A model generated the notes under the pieces. The model worked only from the letters and a program-made list of their open reading frames with translations, ran no database searches and was not told the DNA's origin. The position numbers were made by a program, and so were the translations under genes. From Leucoraja ocellata (lineage: Eukaryota), in the NCBI GenBank assembly GCA_036785375.1, contig JAWMAR010000038.1, positions 3,596,001 to 3,660,000 on the forward strand: DNA of 64,000 nucleotides, written 5' to 3'. Of the stretch, positions 37,561-52,315 are shown piece after piece; positions within the stretch are counted from its first letter, which is position 1, and each line of letters opens with the position of its first letter.

Positions 37561-40427
37561 TATTTAAATGATTAAATTAATCAAAAAACATGTATATAAA
37601 ATTGAGGTAGTAATGTTTTAAAAAAGCATAAGTTGCCAATGTGCAGTCATAGAAAGAAAATGACTGGTTACACAAGATGTCTGATCACTTTGTCGTATAT
37701 GGTTGCCCACAGATATCAACAGTGGCTATAGTCATTCCTCTCATTTTCCTGTATCTTGAATCTCTGCAATGACCTTAATGAAACCAGATTAGATGCTCAT
37801 TAATTACTAACATCAAAGCTACCAAAAATTATCAATTCCAAATTCCTGGGATTGGGAATAACAACTTGTTCAGAGATAGTCTGAGTCACCCCCAATACAG
37901 GTTGCATTAGAATTATGCATAATTTCAGCTGAATTCTAAATGTTGGCGTGGGGGACAGGGGATGTTGCTTTTCCTAGGGAAATTGTATCTTTTACACTGT
38001 GGGAAATATTGGTATTTTGCCCAGTAGGGTCAAGATAGCATTCTTCTTGAAGGCCGCAAGTGAACCAGAATAGGAGTCATGGGGTATAGAAACAGGCCCT
38101 TCAGCCCGCCACGTCCATGCTAACCCCCAAATACCCATCTATATTAATTCAATTTACAATCACTTGGTCATAGCCATAACCTCATAGATCCTGTCCGTCC
38201 AGGCGCTGTTACATTTTATAAGAGTACCTGCGTCCACCACCTGTTGAGACAATGTTGTCCAGATTGCCGTCACCCTTATGGATGAATAGCACAGGAACAG
38301 GCCCTTCAGGCCACAATGTTAACGCTGAACATGATGCCAATTTAAACCTATCCCTTCTACCTGCATTTGATCCATATTCCTCCAAAAGAAAATGATAAAA
38401 TAAAATGGTCAGCTCACCACTACCTCGCTACTCCTTATCTTAAACCTTTGCTCTCAGGCTCTTGTTATGGAGAACAGTTACTTTCTATCAGTGCCACTCA
38501 TAATTCTGTACCCCTCTATCACAACTCCTGTCAGCTTCCTCTTCCACGATAAACAAGTCCACCCTATTCTATCTTTCCTCGTAACTGAAACATTCCAGCC
38601 CAGGCAACATCCTGGTGAATCCACTCTGCACTGTCTCCAGCGCAAATTCACAGAATACCATAAGTAGTTAGAAGAGCAGATCATTCAACTCCATCAACCA
38701 TCTCCTCTGAGCAATAGGATCTTAGCTGGTTTGACATAGTTCAAGTTTACTTCCTTGCCTTTATCCCTTAATGCTCAATTTCCTTACTATATTCAGGAAC
38801 AGCATCTTCCCCTCCACCAGATTCAGGGATAGCTTCTTTCCATCTATTATCAGACCGCTGAACAGTCCTCCATAATCTAGGTTGTAGTTCCAAGCTGCTT
38901 CATTGCAGACCTTGGGCTTTTTCTTTCACTGTAACACTTCAATATTGTAACACTGTAGGCTTTAGAGATTCAGCATTTGGATTACACGGTGTACAAATCT
39001 GATATGGCAACTCTCTACGTGGCCCCTGTTACTATCTTATGTAATATATATGCCTTAGCCTTAAATTCGTCTTTAAGTTGCTCAACTTAATCTGTAACCA
39101 CTGAAGCACTTTACTTTGGACTTTAGAGACACAGCGTGGAAACAGGCCCTTTGGCCCACCGAGTCTGCACCGACCAGCGATCACCCTGTCCACTAGCACT
39201 ATTCTGCACACTAGGGACAATTTATAATTTTACCAAAGCCAATTAGCCTACAAACCTGTACGTCTGGAGTGTAGGAGGAATCCGGAGAAAACCCACTATA
39301 TTCTGCACTCTGGTGTTTTTCTCTTTGCATTAACAGTTGTACATGTGTGCTTGACTCATGTATTGTATAATCTGATTTGACTGGATAGCACAGACACAAA
39401 CTTTGCATTGTATCTCAGTACACATGACAATAACAAATACCAATACCAGCCTTTAAGATGCCCCAAGACACTGCCCTCACAGCTCTAAGTGCCACAACCT
39501 AAGGCTTTATCGTGAAGTTTGGAAGCTCAATTGGGACTTGGAGATCCTCAGCCGGAACAGCAACGTGCTGCCTCACTGATGGAGGCTGTAACAGATGAAC
39601 CTGGAGCAGGTCCAGCCACTGTAATCTGCAGCCTGCCTTGGCCTTCTTTGAGGGTGCAGGTTTAAGGCAAGAGGGGAAAGATTTAATAGGAACCTGAGGG
39701 ACAACTTTTTCCACACAGAATATAGGGTATATGGGACGAGATGACAGATGGGGTAGTTGAGCAGGTACAATAACACATTTAAAAGACATTTGGATGGGAT
39801 AACTGGATAGGAAAGTTTTCGAGGGATATGGGACAAAGGTTGGTGGGTGGGATTAGTTCAGCTCGGGCAATTTGGTCGGCATGGACGAGTTGGGCTGAAG
39901 GGCCTGTTTCCATTCTGTATAACTAAGTGATTCTGCCTCAAAAACCTGGCTGGGTGGGTTTCACTCAGCTGGCAGCAGACACTCGCAGAAATTCAGGGCA
40001 CTTACAATGCAGGCTTCATAGAAATAACAAGATAATTAAAAATGGATAAAAATATATTCAACCATTTGTACAACATGAAAGGTGGATCCTACACCTCAAA
40101 TCCATTTCCCCTGCTGTGGACAAGTCTCCTTCACATACGAACATCTGTTGATAAGTCGCGAAGTGGGATTAATGAGTTGACTCTGAAATTGGCATAGAAT
40201 CAATGGGCCTAACAGCCGCTATGCCGTAAGGAAATCTGAAACATATGGCCTCAGCCTTCACTATCAAGACATCCATCTCTTTTTCCAAGTTATAAACATT
40301 TCCCATTCCAGTGCTTTTGAATAAGCTTGAGTGCAATTTAATAAACCATTTACATTACATCAGCCGCACTCTCCATTCCCCCGTGGAGAGTTTCTGATGG
40401 AGAAAGTTATTGAAGTAGATACTTTAC

Positions 40428-40597
40428 ATGAAGAGCTAACAGGCTCCTGGCTTCGTCCTTGTTCAGCCGAGTACCATTCAGGGGCAGGTACCCAATGTGT
40501 TGTCCCTGAGCGTACAGAAGGAAGGCTCCTGCGGGTGGTACAGTCACAACTGATGCTGTAGTTGGCTGGGTAACGGGAGGTGGAACAGTGGGTATAC
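40428..40597 (-). CDS. NID2: Nidogen-2 Pro/Thr linker and start of G3
   Basis: (C)[56 protein letters not shown]. Confidence 0.94.
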
Positions 40598-40953
40598 CTG
40601 GTGAACACAGAAACAATATCATCAGCTTGTGTGTTTATTAAAGGCACCATGGTTACCATGCTATTTTATCCATTTTTGCTGCTATTAATTAAGAATATTT
40701 TTGTGAGTATTGAATTGAACATTAAGTAACTAACCTACAAACAACCCCCCTCCCCATCCACCACTTCTCTTCCCTATTCTTATAAACTCACACTAAGTAA
40801 ATGCAAACTTTTTATTTCTAGAAAATAAACTGGCCTATCTTCTGAAAAGCAAATAGTAAAATCTTTACTAGATATCATGCTTCTTTATTGTTTTTTCCTC
40901 GACCATTAAAAAGCTATTGCTTTGCAACCAAAGTAAGAGATGCAAGTTCTCAC

Positions 40954-41175
40954 ATGCAGGTGGAGTGCCCGGTTCCGTCCTGGTTCCTGGCATTTCGCGA
41001 CCTTCCTGGTCCACACACCAACAGTAACCACTGTTCCCATGGCATTGCAGAGGACTAAACTCTCCAAACTCAGTGCACCGAGGTACGTACTGATCATCAG
41101 CTGGACTACCTCCGTAGTGCTCCAGGAGGCTGGAGCGCCAACGTTCGCACACTGTTTGTGGTCGCTGGAGGGGCT
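40954..41175 (-). CDS. NID2: Nidogen-2 TY domain exon A (counterpart of human second TY)
   Basis: (E)[73 protein letters not shown]; 222 nt, phase 1-1. Confidence 0.95.
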
Positions 41176-42984
41176 CTGCAACGCATCACACAGCAACTTG
41201 GTTAAAATGTGCAATCTCCTTTTACTGATCAATGTTTCCTTATAATGAACAAATTCACTGCATGGAATGCATACTTCATCCAGCCTTTATTTTTTTCAAA
41301 TATAAAACTTGAAGTATTTTAAGTGTTCTGTTTCAGTCACCTTACTACAGGAAATATGTCATCCAGCTGGATACAGTGCAGAGAAGATTTATGTGGATGT
41401 TGCCAGGACTAGAGGGCCTGAGCTATAGGGAGATTTTGGGCAGGCTAGGATGTTATTCCTTGGAGCGCAGGAGGCTGAGGGTTGATCTTACGGAGTAGTA
41501 TGAAATCATGAGGGAAATAGAATGAATGCACTTGAATGTGAATGAATGTCTTTTTCCATGGAATCAAGAACTAGAGTGTATATGGTGAGAGGAGAAAGAT
41601 TTAGCGGAAATCCGAGGGGCAAGTTTTACCACACAGGTGGGTATATGGAATGAGCTGCCAGAGAAAGTAGTTGAGACAGGTACCATAAGAACATTTAAAA
41701 GACATTTGGACAAGTACATGGATAGGAGAGCTTTAGATGGATGTGGACCAAACATGGGCATGTGGGATGAGATTAGATGGGGCATCCAATGTTTTTGTTT
41801 CATCTGTGTATGTAAATACTCAGTTAAAATGACATTAAAGTAAATACTGAATACATCTTGGTCGGCACAGATGTGTTGGACCATGTGGGTTCGCCCTGTG
41901 ACCACGTGGGTTTTCTCCAGGTGCTCCAGTTTCCTCCCACATTCAAAACACGTGCTGGGTTGTATGTTAATTGGCTTCTGTAAAATTGCTCCTCGTGTAT
42001 AAGATGCAAAAGTGGGATAATGTGAAACTAGTGTACGGGTTATCGATGGTTCGCATGGACTCGGTGGGCCGAAGGGCCAGTTTCTATGCTGTGTCTCTAA
42101 ACTAAATTGTGCAATGGATAAAATTTAGGATCACTTTTAATTACATAATCTGATCAGGAATAGCTTAAAATTTAAAAGGGAAGTTCAAAGTCGTCTTATT
42201 TAAGGGATACTTTTTGAAGAGGGTACATATGGGGTGTGGTTGATTTTGGGAACATGTTTGATAAAGACTCGATGAAAAGGTTTTTGCACAAATCAATTTG
42301 AACAAAAAAACGGTATAGGAACAGGCAAGTTTGAAATTGTTTTGTGTTGGAAATAATGCATAAGTAAATTCAGAGCCAAAAGCCTTAACAGAAAAAACCC
42401 CAATTAAAATTGAGAGGCACAGGGAACTACAGATGCTGGAATCTTGAGCCAAAGACAAAGTGTTGGAGGAACTCTGGGGTCAGACAGCATTTGCAGCGAA
42501 TGGGCAGGCAATGTTTCAGTTTGGAACTCATCAGAAATTAAGAGATCTGTGTCAACCCTCTTTCTTCATAAACTATTGCTCAAATTATATGACTTTTGAC
42601 TTCTCATTTCAAATGTGCAGAGAAACCACTGAGTTGTTGCCATTTTTGGATTAGTAAATCAGTGATCTGTGCTGTAACCAAATTGGGGAGTTGTATACAA
42701 AATCAAGTAGAAGGAACAATTTGTAACTTGACCTGCCAAGTGTTTCCAGCGTTTTCTGGTTTCATTATCAAAGATCAGCAGAGTTTCTCAAGACAGAATT
42801 TAAGGCAACCTGGCCCCAATTCACATCCCCTCAAGGCAAGAATTCTGTTTGCCAATAAAACCATCATGGGAGAGTACAACGTTTAAATAAACATCATATC
42901 CACAAGTTATAAGGATTGAGTCACAACTTGAGAGGTTGGATAGGCTGGGACGTTTGTTCTTTGGAGTGCAGCAGACCGAGGGTG

Positions 42985-44695
42985 ACCTTATTGGTAATGG
43001 CAGAACAATTAAATGAGTACTTTGGTTCTGTTTTCACTAAGGAAGACACAAACAATCTCCCAGAAATACTAGGGGACCAAAAATCTAGTGGGAGGGAGGA
43101 ACTGAAGGGAATCCACATTAGTCAGGAAATGGTGTTAGGTAAACTGTTGGGACTGAAGGCAGATAAATCCCCGGGGCCTGATGGTCGGAATCCAAGAGTA
43201 CTCAAGGAGGTAGCCCCTAGAAATCGTGGATGCATTGGTGATCATTTTCCAATGTTCTCTCGACTCTGGATCACTTCCTGTGGACTGGAGGATAGCCAAT
43301 GTAACTCCACTTTTTAAGAAAGGAGGAAGAGAAAAAACAGGGAATCATGGACAGTTAGCCTTACATCAGTAGTGGGGAAGATGCTCGAGTCGATTATGAA
43401 AGATGTTATAGCAACGCATTTGGAAAGCAGTGACAGGATTGGTCAAAGTCAGCATGGATTTATGAAGGGGAAATCATGCTTGACTCGTTTTCTGGAATTA
43501 TTTGAGGATGTAACAAGTAGAATGGATAAGGGAGAGCCAGTGGATGTGGTGTATCTGGACTTTCAAAAAGCCTTTGACAAGGTCCCACGCAAGAGATTAG
43601 TGTGCAAAATTAGAGCACATGGTATTGGTGGTAGAGTAATGACATGGATAAAGAACTGGTTGCCAGACAGGAAGCAAAGAGTAGGAATTAATGGGTCTGT
43701 TTCAGAATGGCAGGCAGTGACTAGTGGGGTGCCACAAGGCTCGGTGCTGGGACCCCACTTATGTACAATATATATTAACGATTTAGACGAGGGAATTAAA
43801 TGTAACATCTCCAGGTTTGTGGATGAAACAAAGCTGGGTGGCAGTGTGAGCTGCGACGAGGATGCTATGAGAATGCAGGGTGGCTTGGATAGGTTGGGTG
43901 AGTGGGCAGGTACAGTATAATGTGGATAAATGTGAGGTTATCCACTTTAGTGGCAAGAACAGGAAAGCCAATTATTATCTGAATGGTGTCAGATTAGGAA
44001 GGGGGGTGCAACGAGACCTGGGTGCGCTTGTACATCAGTCACTGAAAGTAAGCATGCAGGTACATCAGGCAGTGAAGAAAGCTAATGGCATGTTGGCCTT
44101 CATTGCGAGAGGATTTGAGTTTAGGAGCAAGGAGGTCCCACTCAAATTTTACAGGGCTCTGGAGTATTGTGTGCAATTTTGGTCTCCTAATTTGAGGAAG
44201 GACAATATCGCTATTGATGGAGTGCAGCGTAAGTTCACCAGGTTAAATCTCGGGATGGCGGAACTGACATATGATCAAAGAATGTGTCGACTGGGCTTCT
44301 ATTCACTGGAATTTAGAAGGATGAGAGGGTTTCATAGAAACATATAACATTCTTAAAGGATTGGACAGGCTAGATGCAGGAAAAATGTTCCCGATGTCGG
44401 GGGAGTCCAGAACCAGGGGTCACAGTTTAAGAATAGGGGTAGGCCATTTAGGACTGAGATGAGGAAAAACGTTTTCACCCAGAGGGTTATGAATATGTGG
44501 AATTCTCTGCCACAGATGGAAGTGGAGTCCAATTCACTGGATGTTATCAAGAGTTATAGGTAGAGGAATCAAGGGTTATGGGTGAAAAGCGTATGGGGTA
44601 CTAATTTTTGATGATCAGCCATGATCATATTGAATGGCAGTGCTGGCTCGAAGGGCCGAATGGCCTACTCCTGCAACTATTTTTCTATGTTTCTA
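42985..44695 (+). mobile_element. CR1/HER1-like LINE, degenerate 3' 1.7 kb
   Basis: RT motifs QHGFMKGKSCLT, VVYLDFQKAFDKV, SGVPQGSVLGP; frameshifts; tttctatg tail. Confidence 0.92.
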
Positions 44696-45179
44696 CTGAA
44701 GTGTAAAAGATCATGAGGGGCATGGATAAAGTAAATGCTCACAGTCTTTTTTTCCCCAGTGTAGAGGATGAAAAAACTAGATGACATAAGCGTAAGTTTA
44801 GAAGGGAGAGATTTAAGAAGGTCTTCGGAGACTATTTTCTCATTGACAAGATAGTCCGTATCTGGAATGAGCTGTCAGAGGAAGTAAATAATTATGACTT
44901 GGACAGATATATGGATAGGAAGGGTTTAGAGGACATGGGGCCAAATGCAGGCAAATGGGTCTTACTGAATACGCCAACTTGACCAGCATGGACAAAGTGG
45001 ACCAAAGTGTCCAAGTGTACAGCTCTGTTTATGGAATTTCAAATCATACATGCTTTAGTATCGGATTCCCTTTGTTGCCAAATCATACAAAGCACCAATG
45101 GAGTTATTCTTAACGCAATGACATACTTCCCAAAATAAATAATTCCAACATGCTCCAAAATTGAAGTGCACCAACTGAC

Positions 45180-45425
45180 CTGGCAGCCCACATCTTGGCT
45201 GGTCGCTGCCAGGAAGGGTCCTGGTCCCAGGGATTTCTCGGCCCAGTTCATCCACACACCAGCACTGGCTGGTGCTGTCATGGCACTGCAGAGGTTTGAA
45301 GTTGCCAAGAGCATCACACTGAGGGACGTACACTCCCACAGCGGGGCGAGCTCTGTAGATGCTGAGCTCCTCTTGCAGCTGATCCCGCTGCTCGGCACAA
45401 GGCGCTTTTGGAGCCTCCGTCGGTG
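45180..45425 (-). CDS. NID2: Nidogen-2 TY domain exon B
   Basis: [81 protein letters not shown]; 246 nt, donor gtcagt. Confidence 0.9.
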
Positions 45426-46221
45426 CTGATTAATTGAAAAAAAAACGCCATGCATTTCTAACCAGCAGAAATAAAAATCTTCAGCATGACATTTCTACAT
45501 CCACAATGATAGAGTCTTATAACACAGACACATGTTCTTCAGTCCAACTTGTCCCTATCAAGCAAGACGTCCCATCTAGGCTAGTCCCATTTGCCTGAGT
45601 TTGGTCTATATCCCTCTAAACCTTTCCTATCCATTTACTTGTCCAAGTGTCTGTTAAATATAACATAGAACATAAAAAAGTACAGACAAGGAACTGGCCC
45701 ACAATGTCTGCCCTGATCACGATGCTAAGTTAAACTAATCACCTCTTCCTGCCGTGATCCATATCCCTCTATTCCCTGCATATCCCTGTGCCCATCCCAA
45801 AAGCCTCTTAAATGCCATTTTTGTGTTTGCCTCCACTACCGGCTCTGGCAGCGCATTCCAAGGCACTGACCACTCTCCATGTAAAGAATCTTTGCCCCTC
45901 TCTGAATATTTTTTATTCTTCCAAAACCACAAAATGTAAACTTTTGCTTCTGTTCCTTAAGTCCTGGCAACGTCATCATAAATCTTCATGACCGAAACTG
46001 AACACAATACTCCAAATGCGGCCTCACCAACGCTTTGTTCAACTCACATAATGTCCCATCTTCTATACTTCTATACTCAGCTTTAATATTTAAATATTTG
46101 TTATAATAAAAATTCGAAAGTTTTGAAAATTTAGTTTTTAACCATTAGATGCACCAATATGCCGTCGCAATGAAAGCACCGGTAACGCAACATCAGTGAA
46201 TTAATTCTAACTCTGACTGAC

Positions 46222-46467
46222 CAGTCTGCCCACAGCGTGGTTGACCCCTGCCAGGACCTCTGCTGGTCCCAGGAACTTCCAGCCCCTCTACGTCCACACA
46301 CCAGCAGTAACCGGTGCTGCTATGGCATTGCATTTCCTGGTAGTTCCCTTCTTCATCACACTGGGGAATGTAGACCCCAACGGGAGGATCAGATCCATGC
46401 GCGCTCAATTCCCTTTGCACTTGCTCATGGTGTCGAGCACAGGCATTCTTGGGCTGTTCAATTTGTT
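46222..46467 (-). CDS. NID2: Nidogen-2 TY domain exon C
   Basis: [81 protein letters not shown]; 246 nt, donor gtcagt. Confidence 0.9.
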
Positions 46468-46884
46468 CTAATCAGGAAAGAAAGGGCACAATCAAGAGTG
46501 CTTAATCATCATATATACGCTGACAACAGAACAATGAAACGCTCACTTGCTGCAGTTTACGCAAGTTGGCCCGTAAACGCATAACACAGATATTATACAA
46601 TACAATGAATTAAAAATCAACAATACTAGTGCAAAACCTAAATTCAAGGTGCAAACAAAATCAAGTCCATAGCAGATCATCATAAGATCATGTGATAGGA
46701 GCAGAATTCGGCCCATCAAGTCTACTCCGCCAATCAATCATGGTGGATTTATCTCGTGGAGTCTATCTAGATCATAGTTGCTGAGGTAAGAAACTGGGTC
46801 GAAACATTTATGTAAAAATCATTCCGTTTGGTTCACTGCAGAATCATAGCAATGTCAGCAAATCATCCTGCCGCGCACGTGATG

Positions 46885-46994
46885 CACGCATGGTGCACAT
46901 TACACACGCATGGTGCACATTACACACGCATGGTGCACATTACACACGCATGGTGAACATTACGCGAGCATGGTGCACATTACACACGCATGGT
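46885..46994. repeat. 20-bp minisatellite (cacgcatggtgcacattaca), about 5.5 copies, within a Harbinger-like MITE remnant ending ~47101
   Basis: Units read directly; downstream end aagtggggcaggccct-taa resembles the TIR of the 56584 element. Confidence 0.8.
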
Positions 46995-47558
46995 TCATGG
47001 TGACGTAGGCAGTGACGCGTGGTGCCCAGGATTTTGGTATGTACAAAATCTTCACGCGCTATCTGCGTAACGTGCAAATGATGCCCAAGTGGGGCAGGCC
47101 CTTAAGGAACAAGTTGTGAATTCACATTAAAAAAGTTCAAAGAAGAGAGAAACAGCAGTGGAGAAAAGAGATCAGTATAATTTCCTAAACATTCTGAAAT
47201 AGGTGGGAGTCATTCAGCACAGAAACAGGTTCTTCAGCCCAATTTGTCCATGCTGACCATGATGCCCACCCTAAGCTATTCCCATTAGCCTGAATCTGGC
47301 CAATATCCTTCCTATCCACAAACCTGTCCGTGTCTTTTAAATAGTTTAATTGGATCTGCCTCAACTACAATCTACAATCTATGACAGCTTGTTCCATCTG
47401 TGTGAAAAAGCTAGCCTTCAGGTTTCTATTAAAATTTTCCCCTCTTATCTTAAACCTATGCACTCTAGTTCCTGATTCCTCTATCCTGGGAAAAAAGAGT
47501 CTCTGCATTCACCCTATCTATTCCCCTCATGATTTAAAAAAGTCATGAATGGAACCAA

Positions 47559-47853
47559 GGGCAGCACAGTGGCGCAGCAGTAGAGTTGCTGCCTTACAGC
47601 ACCAGAGACCCAGGTTCGATCCTGACTAAGGGTGCTGTCTGTACAGAGTTTGTACGTTCTCCCCATGCCTGCGTGGGTTTTCCCCGGGTGCTCCAGTTTC
47701 CTCCCACACTCCAAAGACGTACAGGTTTGTAGGTTAATTGGCTTCGGTAAAGATTGTAAGTTGTCCCTGGTGGGTAGGATAGTGTTAGTGTAGGGGGATC
47801 ACTTGTCAGCGTGGACTCGGTGGGCTGAAGGGCCTGTGTCCGCACTAAACTAA
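47559..47853 (+). mobile_element. tRNA-derived SINE (HE1/V-SINE type)
   Basis: A box gtggcgcagcagt, B box ggttcgatcc, V-domain-like core gtttgtacgttctcccc...ttcctcccacactccaaagac, (ctaaa)n tail. Confidence 0.85.
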
Positions 47854-48219
47854 ACCAGATGGTGGGAGGTCATTACGACTGACAGACTACACTCTACCAT
47901 ACATCTACCACTAACAACCAATTTTGCTGAATTAAACCTTTACGAGGATGTTGCCAGGACTAGAGGGTGTGAGATATAGGGAGAGGATGAGTAGGCTGGG
48001 TCTCTATTCCTCGGAGAGCAGGGGTCTCTTGCCCACAGTAGGGGAATCAAGGACCAGGGGTGAAGGGGAAAAGAATTAATAGGAATTTGAGGGATAACTT
48101 TTTCTCACAAAGGGTGGTGGGTGTATGGAACAAGCTGCCAGAAGAGGTAGTTGAGGCTGGGACTATCCCAATGTTTAAGAAACAGACATGTACATGGATA
48201 AGAAAGGTTTAGAGGGATA

Positions 48220-48636
48220 CTAGACCAAGTGCAGACCCGTTGGGTCTGCTCCCCCAATGCAGCCGTTCCCTACCCGTAGCCCCCACGGGAGACGTGGTCC
48301 TCCAACTCAAGCAGCTCAGGAATCAGCAATGCGGCTGTTTTTAAATGGCGTCTTTGAGGTGAGATGCGGGCGCCAGCAGCCGTTATGGTCGCTGGCCAGC
48401 AGGAGGCGACAAAATGAGTGAGTGGGGGGAGTAGGATTTTATTAAAAATGTGTACATAAACACAACAAAATTTAATCAGGAGTGGATACTTGGAATGAAA
48501 AGTGAAATCTCTACTGAAATGGAAAAAAATCAGGGCGTTTGTGGGTGGGGTGTTGGCGTAGCAACGAATCAAAGGCTGCCAGCCACAAGTCAGAAACACA
48601 CACAGCCAGACACACAGAGTTTTAAATATAGATGGA
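48220..48636 (-). mobile_element. Non-autonomous Helitron
   Basis: Minus strand 5' TC, 3' hairpin GCAGACCC-AAC-GGGTCTGC then ACTTGGTCTAG. Inserted between A and T of a CR1 remnant with no TSD. Confidence 0.85.
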
Positions 48637-48758
48637 TGGATCAAGCGCAGGCAGGTGGGACTAGTGTAGCTGGGACATGTTGGCCGATGTGGGCAAGTTG
48701 GACTGAAGGACCTGTTTCCACACTGTATCACTCTTTGACTATGAAAGTACCGACTGAC

Positions 48759-49001
48759 CTGCTGACCCACAGCGTATTTGACCAGTTCCTGGTGGGGTCC
48801 TGGTTCCTGGAATCTCACGCCCATTTTCGTTCACACACCAGCAGTGGCCTGTGCTGCCGTGACATTGGATAGTCCTGAACCTCCCTGCTTCATCACACTG
48901 AGGGATGTGGAGTCCCAGTCGCTGAGATCCATGCCGGCTCATCTCTGCTTGCAGTCTCTCTCGCTGCTCCTCACAATCAGTCTGGGGACGTTCATTGGTT
49001 G
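48759..49001 (-). CDS. NID2: Nidogen-2 TY domain exon D
   Basis: [80 protein letters not shown]; 243 nt, donor gtcagt. Confidence 0.9.
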
Positions 49002-52000
49002 CTGATCATTCAAAATAAGATTGATTAATAAAGCAGACTGACTGGTCACATCACAGCCTAACCTCCCCACGATCAAAATGATCTATAGAAGATGTGTCTG
49101 AAGAAGGGTCTCAATCTGAAACGTCACCTATTCCTTTGCTCCAGAGATGCTGGACCCGTTGAGTTACTATAGCTTTTTGTGTCTATCTTTGATCTATAGG
49201 AGACCCCGACTCAAAACAGTAGCCAGCTCAAAGACCCACACCACCCTGGGCACACTCTCATCTCAGGAAGCAGGTACAGGAGCCTGAAAACCGTGACCTC
49301 TTCGTTCACGAACTTCTTCCCAACAACCATCAGACTCTTGCAAACTACAAAACATTAACATCAGCAACTCTGATCTATGGACTGTTTCTTTGGTTGTTCA
49401 ATGGACTAGTTTTGCACTATTACGATCACCTCATATTATGGTTATTAATTTATTGTGTCATTGATCATTCAGGGGGCAGTTATAATGCTGCAACTAAACA
49501 TTTAATTGTTCAGTTGCCGGTACATATGACAAGGAAACACTCTTGATGTCTCACTCTATATAAATTGTCATCAGTCCATTTATTAGGGAAGGACAAGGTA
49601 ATTCGCCTAAGCACAACATGCTTTTATATGACTATTCATCTGATATTCTTGACAAATCCATTTAGTTTGATCCAAATTATATAATTACTTATTCTCATCA
49701 AAGGTTAGTACCTTCAACTGCTACATGGCTTCTGAAAATATTTAACATTATATCTGCAATTTATTTTCCACCAAATGATACTTTGGAGATATTTTGAGGA
49801 AGTATTACGGAATTAGTTTTTTAGTTGTAGTTTTAAAGGGTGTGCATGAGTCCGCACCAACCAGATATCACCCGTGCACTAATTCTATCCTACACACTAG
49901 AGGCAATTTACAGAAGGCCATTAATCTTCAAATTAACCTATAGTTCTTTGTAGTGTGGGAGGGCACCGGGACATCCAAACTCTGTACTCCATAGTCAGGC
50001 TTGAACCCGGGTCTCTGGCACTGTAAGGCAGTAACTCTACCACTTTGCCACCCAGGATCAGCCAGTTTTTAACTAATTTGAGATACATAGAGTTCAATAA
50101 AAGTTGCGATCCAAATGGGCTCACCTCCATTTCCATCTGTTTTTGGTACACTGTTAGGCTGATTTGAGGGATCTGTTGGCTATGGATCAATGAATAAATA
50201 AACTGGCTTTGAAAGTATTACAAAGATTTGCAGGTCTGGTGGATCAGTTGTGTTTCATCTCGAGCACACTGTGCATGGACTCTGAACAGTCCGAAAGCAT
50301 TGACTTCAAAACGCAATACAACTTGAGTCAGATACTTAGCACATTATCTCCAACTGATTGGTATTCTTTCATGATTACATATACAAATGTATGAAACAGT
50401 GTTCATGTTTTCAACACTTAATAAAGTTCATATTTAGGATGTGTTCGCAGATTAATTTAACTTTGAGAAATATTTGTAGGGACTGTTACAGCAACAGAAC
50501 CCTGCAGAAGTTTATCCTGCTTCGTAACTGGATCTTGTTTAGTGAAATGTGATTTATGAAGGACATTTACATATTATAATGTGATTAGAGTAAGTTTGAA
50601 TTGTAATTAGTTTTTACGCAAAAGGATTACAGAATACGAATAATGCAAGGAAGGTAATATTCAATAAGGTTAATATCATGGAACTCACGAAAAAATAAAG
50701 TTGGTCTCATTTTCTGATGACATTTAAAAAAATGTTTTATCCATTACTCAGTGTGCCCACTGATGCAATATAAAAATTAAATCAAAGAATCAAGAGTGTT
50801 TAATAATTATATGTAACAGTGACAGAATAATGACATTCTTACTTGCTGCAGCCTAACAGGCCCATAAATGCAAACACACACAGATAGTAAATAATAATCA
50901 GTAATACCAGATAACCATTCCAGTGTAAAACCAAAGTGTCTCATAGTGAAACAGAAGACACAGTCTATTGAAGATCATAGTTGCTGTGGTTCGTGCTATG
51001 TAGCGTTCAAGGACTGAATCAGTTTTCAAGAGCTTGAACACTCTTTCCAAGGTTGATATTCTTAGTAAATACCTACTTCATTGATAACAAGAAAGACAAA
51101 CAGCGGTGGATCAGTATATGAGAAGTATTCTGAGCTGATCGACAAAATGAGACACTGTGTAGTTTAGCAAAATATCTAATGGGAACTGGATATTTGGAGG
51201 CAGAAAAGTTAAGAATGTCACAACTCAAATCCAATGACAGGGACAAGCACTTCATAGTCACAAGAGTACAAATGAACAGTTTCGCTGAACAGCTTCCCTC
51301 AAACACACATGGGTTTAAAAAGTTCAGTGACATAGGTGTAATTTAACAAACCTGGAAATCACTTTGAACTTTTCTCAGAGTCAGCGTCATGCAGCATGGT
51401 AACAGGCGCCCTCGCTCAACTCCTCCCTGACAACCAAAATGCCCCATAAACTAGTCCCATTTGCCTGTGTTTGGCCTAAATGCCTTTTTCGTCCCATTTA
51501 CCCCTGGCAACTTTAAAGTACGACAATGTTATTTCACTTATTTATGAACAACTAATGATGAACAGATACCGGTATACCAGAACCAAACACAGTCAGTCAA
51601 TGAGAAAAAATATGTACAAATCCAGAATCAACAAATGTACGCCCTGGGTAGGCGAAATTGGGGTAAATTTACCCCCAGGTTGAGAACCCTTCCTCTAAAC
51701 CTTTCCTATCTTTCCAAGTGTATTTTAAATGTTGTTATTGTACCTACTTCAACTACATCCTCTAGCAGCTCGTTCCATATACCACCACCCTCTGTACAGA
51801 AACGTTGCTCCTGGGGTTCCTATTCAACCTTCCCCTCTCACCTTAAACCTATGATCCTACCCTGGCATTCATCTTATCTATTCCTCTCATGACTTTATAC
51901 ACCTCTATACATAACCCTCAGCCTCTTGCACTCCAAGGAACATATTTCTAGCCTGCTCAACTTCTCATCCCCTCAAGTCCTGGCAACATCCTCATAAAAT

Positions 52001-52069
52001 AATACCACAACATCTTCTGTTTTTCTAAAATACACGATGCATTGGTTGAATGGAGTATTGACTAGTCAC

Positions 52070-52315
52070 CTGACAAGTCACAGTGCGGTTGAGCTGTTCC
52101 AGGTGGTGTCCTGGTGTTTGGGACTTCCTGTCCGTTTTCGTACACACACCAGCAGTGGCCTGTGCTGCTGTGGCATTGCATCAGCCTGAAGTTCCCTTCT
52201 TCGTCACACTGAGGGATGTGGTGTCCCAGCAATGGTTCAGGTCCATATGCCCTCATCTCCATTTGCAATCTCTGTTGTTGCTCTTCACACGCAGTTTTAG
52301 GGCGTTCATTGCTTT
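52070..52315 (-). CDS. NID2: Nidogen-2 TY domain exon E
   Basis: [81 protein letters not shown]; 246 nt, donor gtgact. Confidence 0.9.

Noticed and set aside
31552-41175. Assignment as NID1 or an LDL-receptor family gene
   Set aside because: The protein ends CPYGRK* right after the propeller with no C-terminal EGF or transmembrane segment, as in NID2
47559-47640. tRNA-like A and B boxes as a tRNA gene
   Set aside because: Head of a multi-copy SINE with a V-domain-like body and tail; no complete cloverleaf
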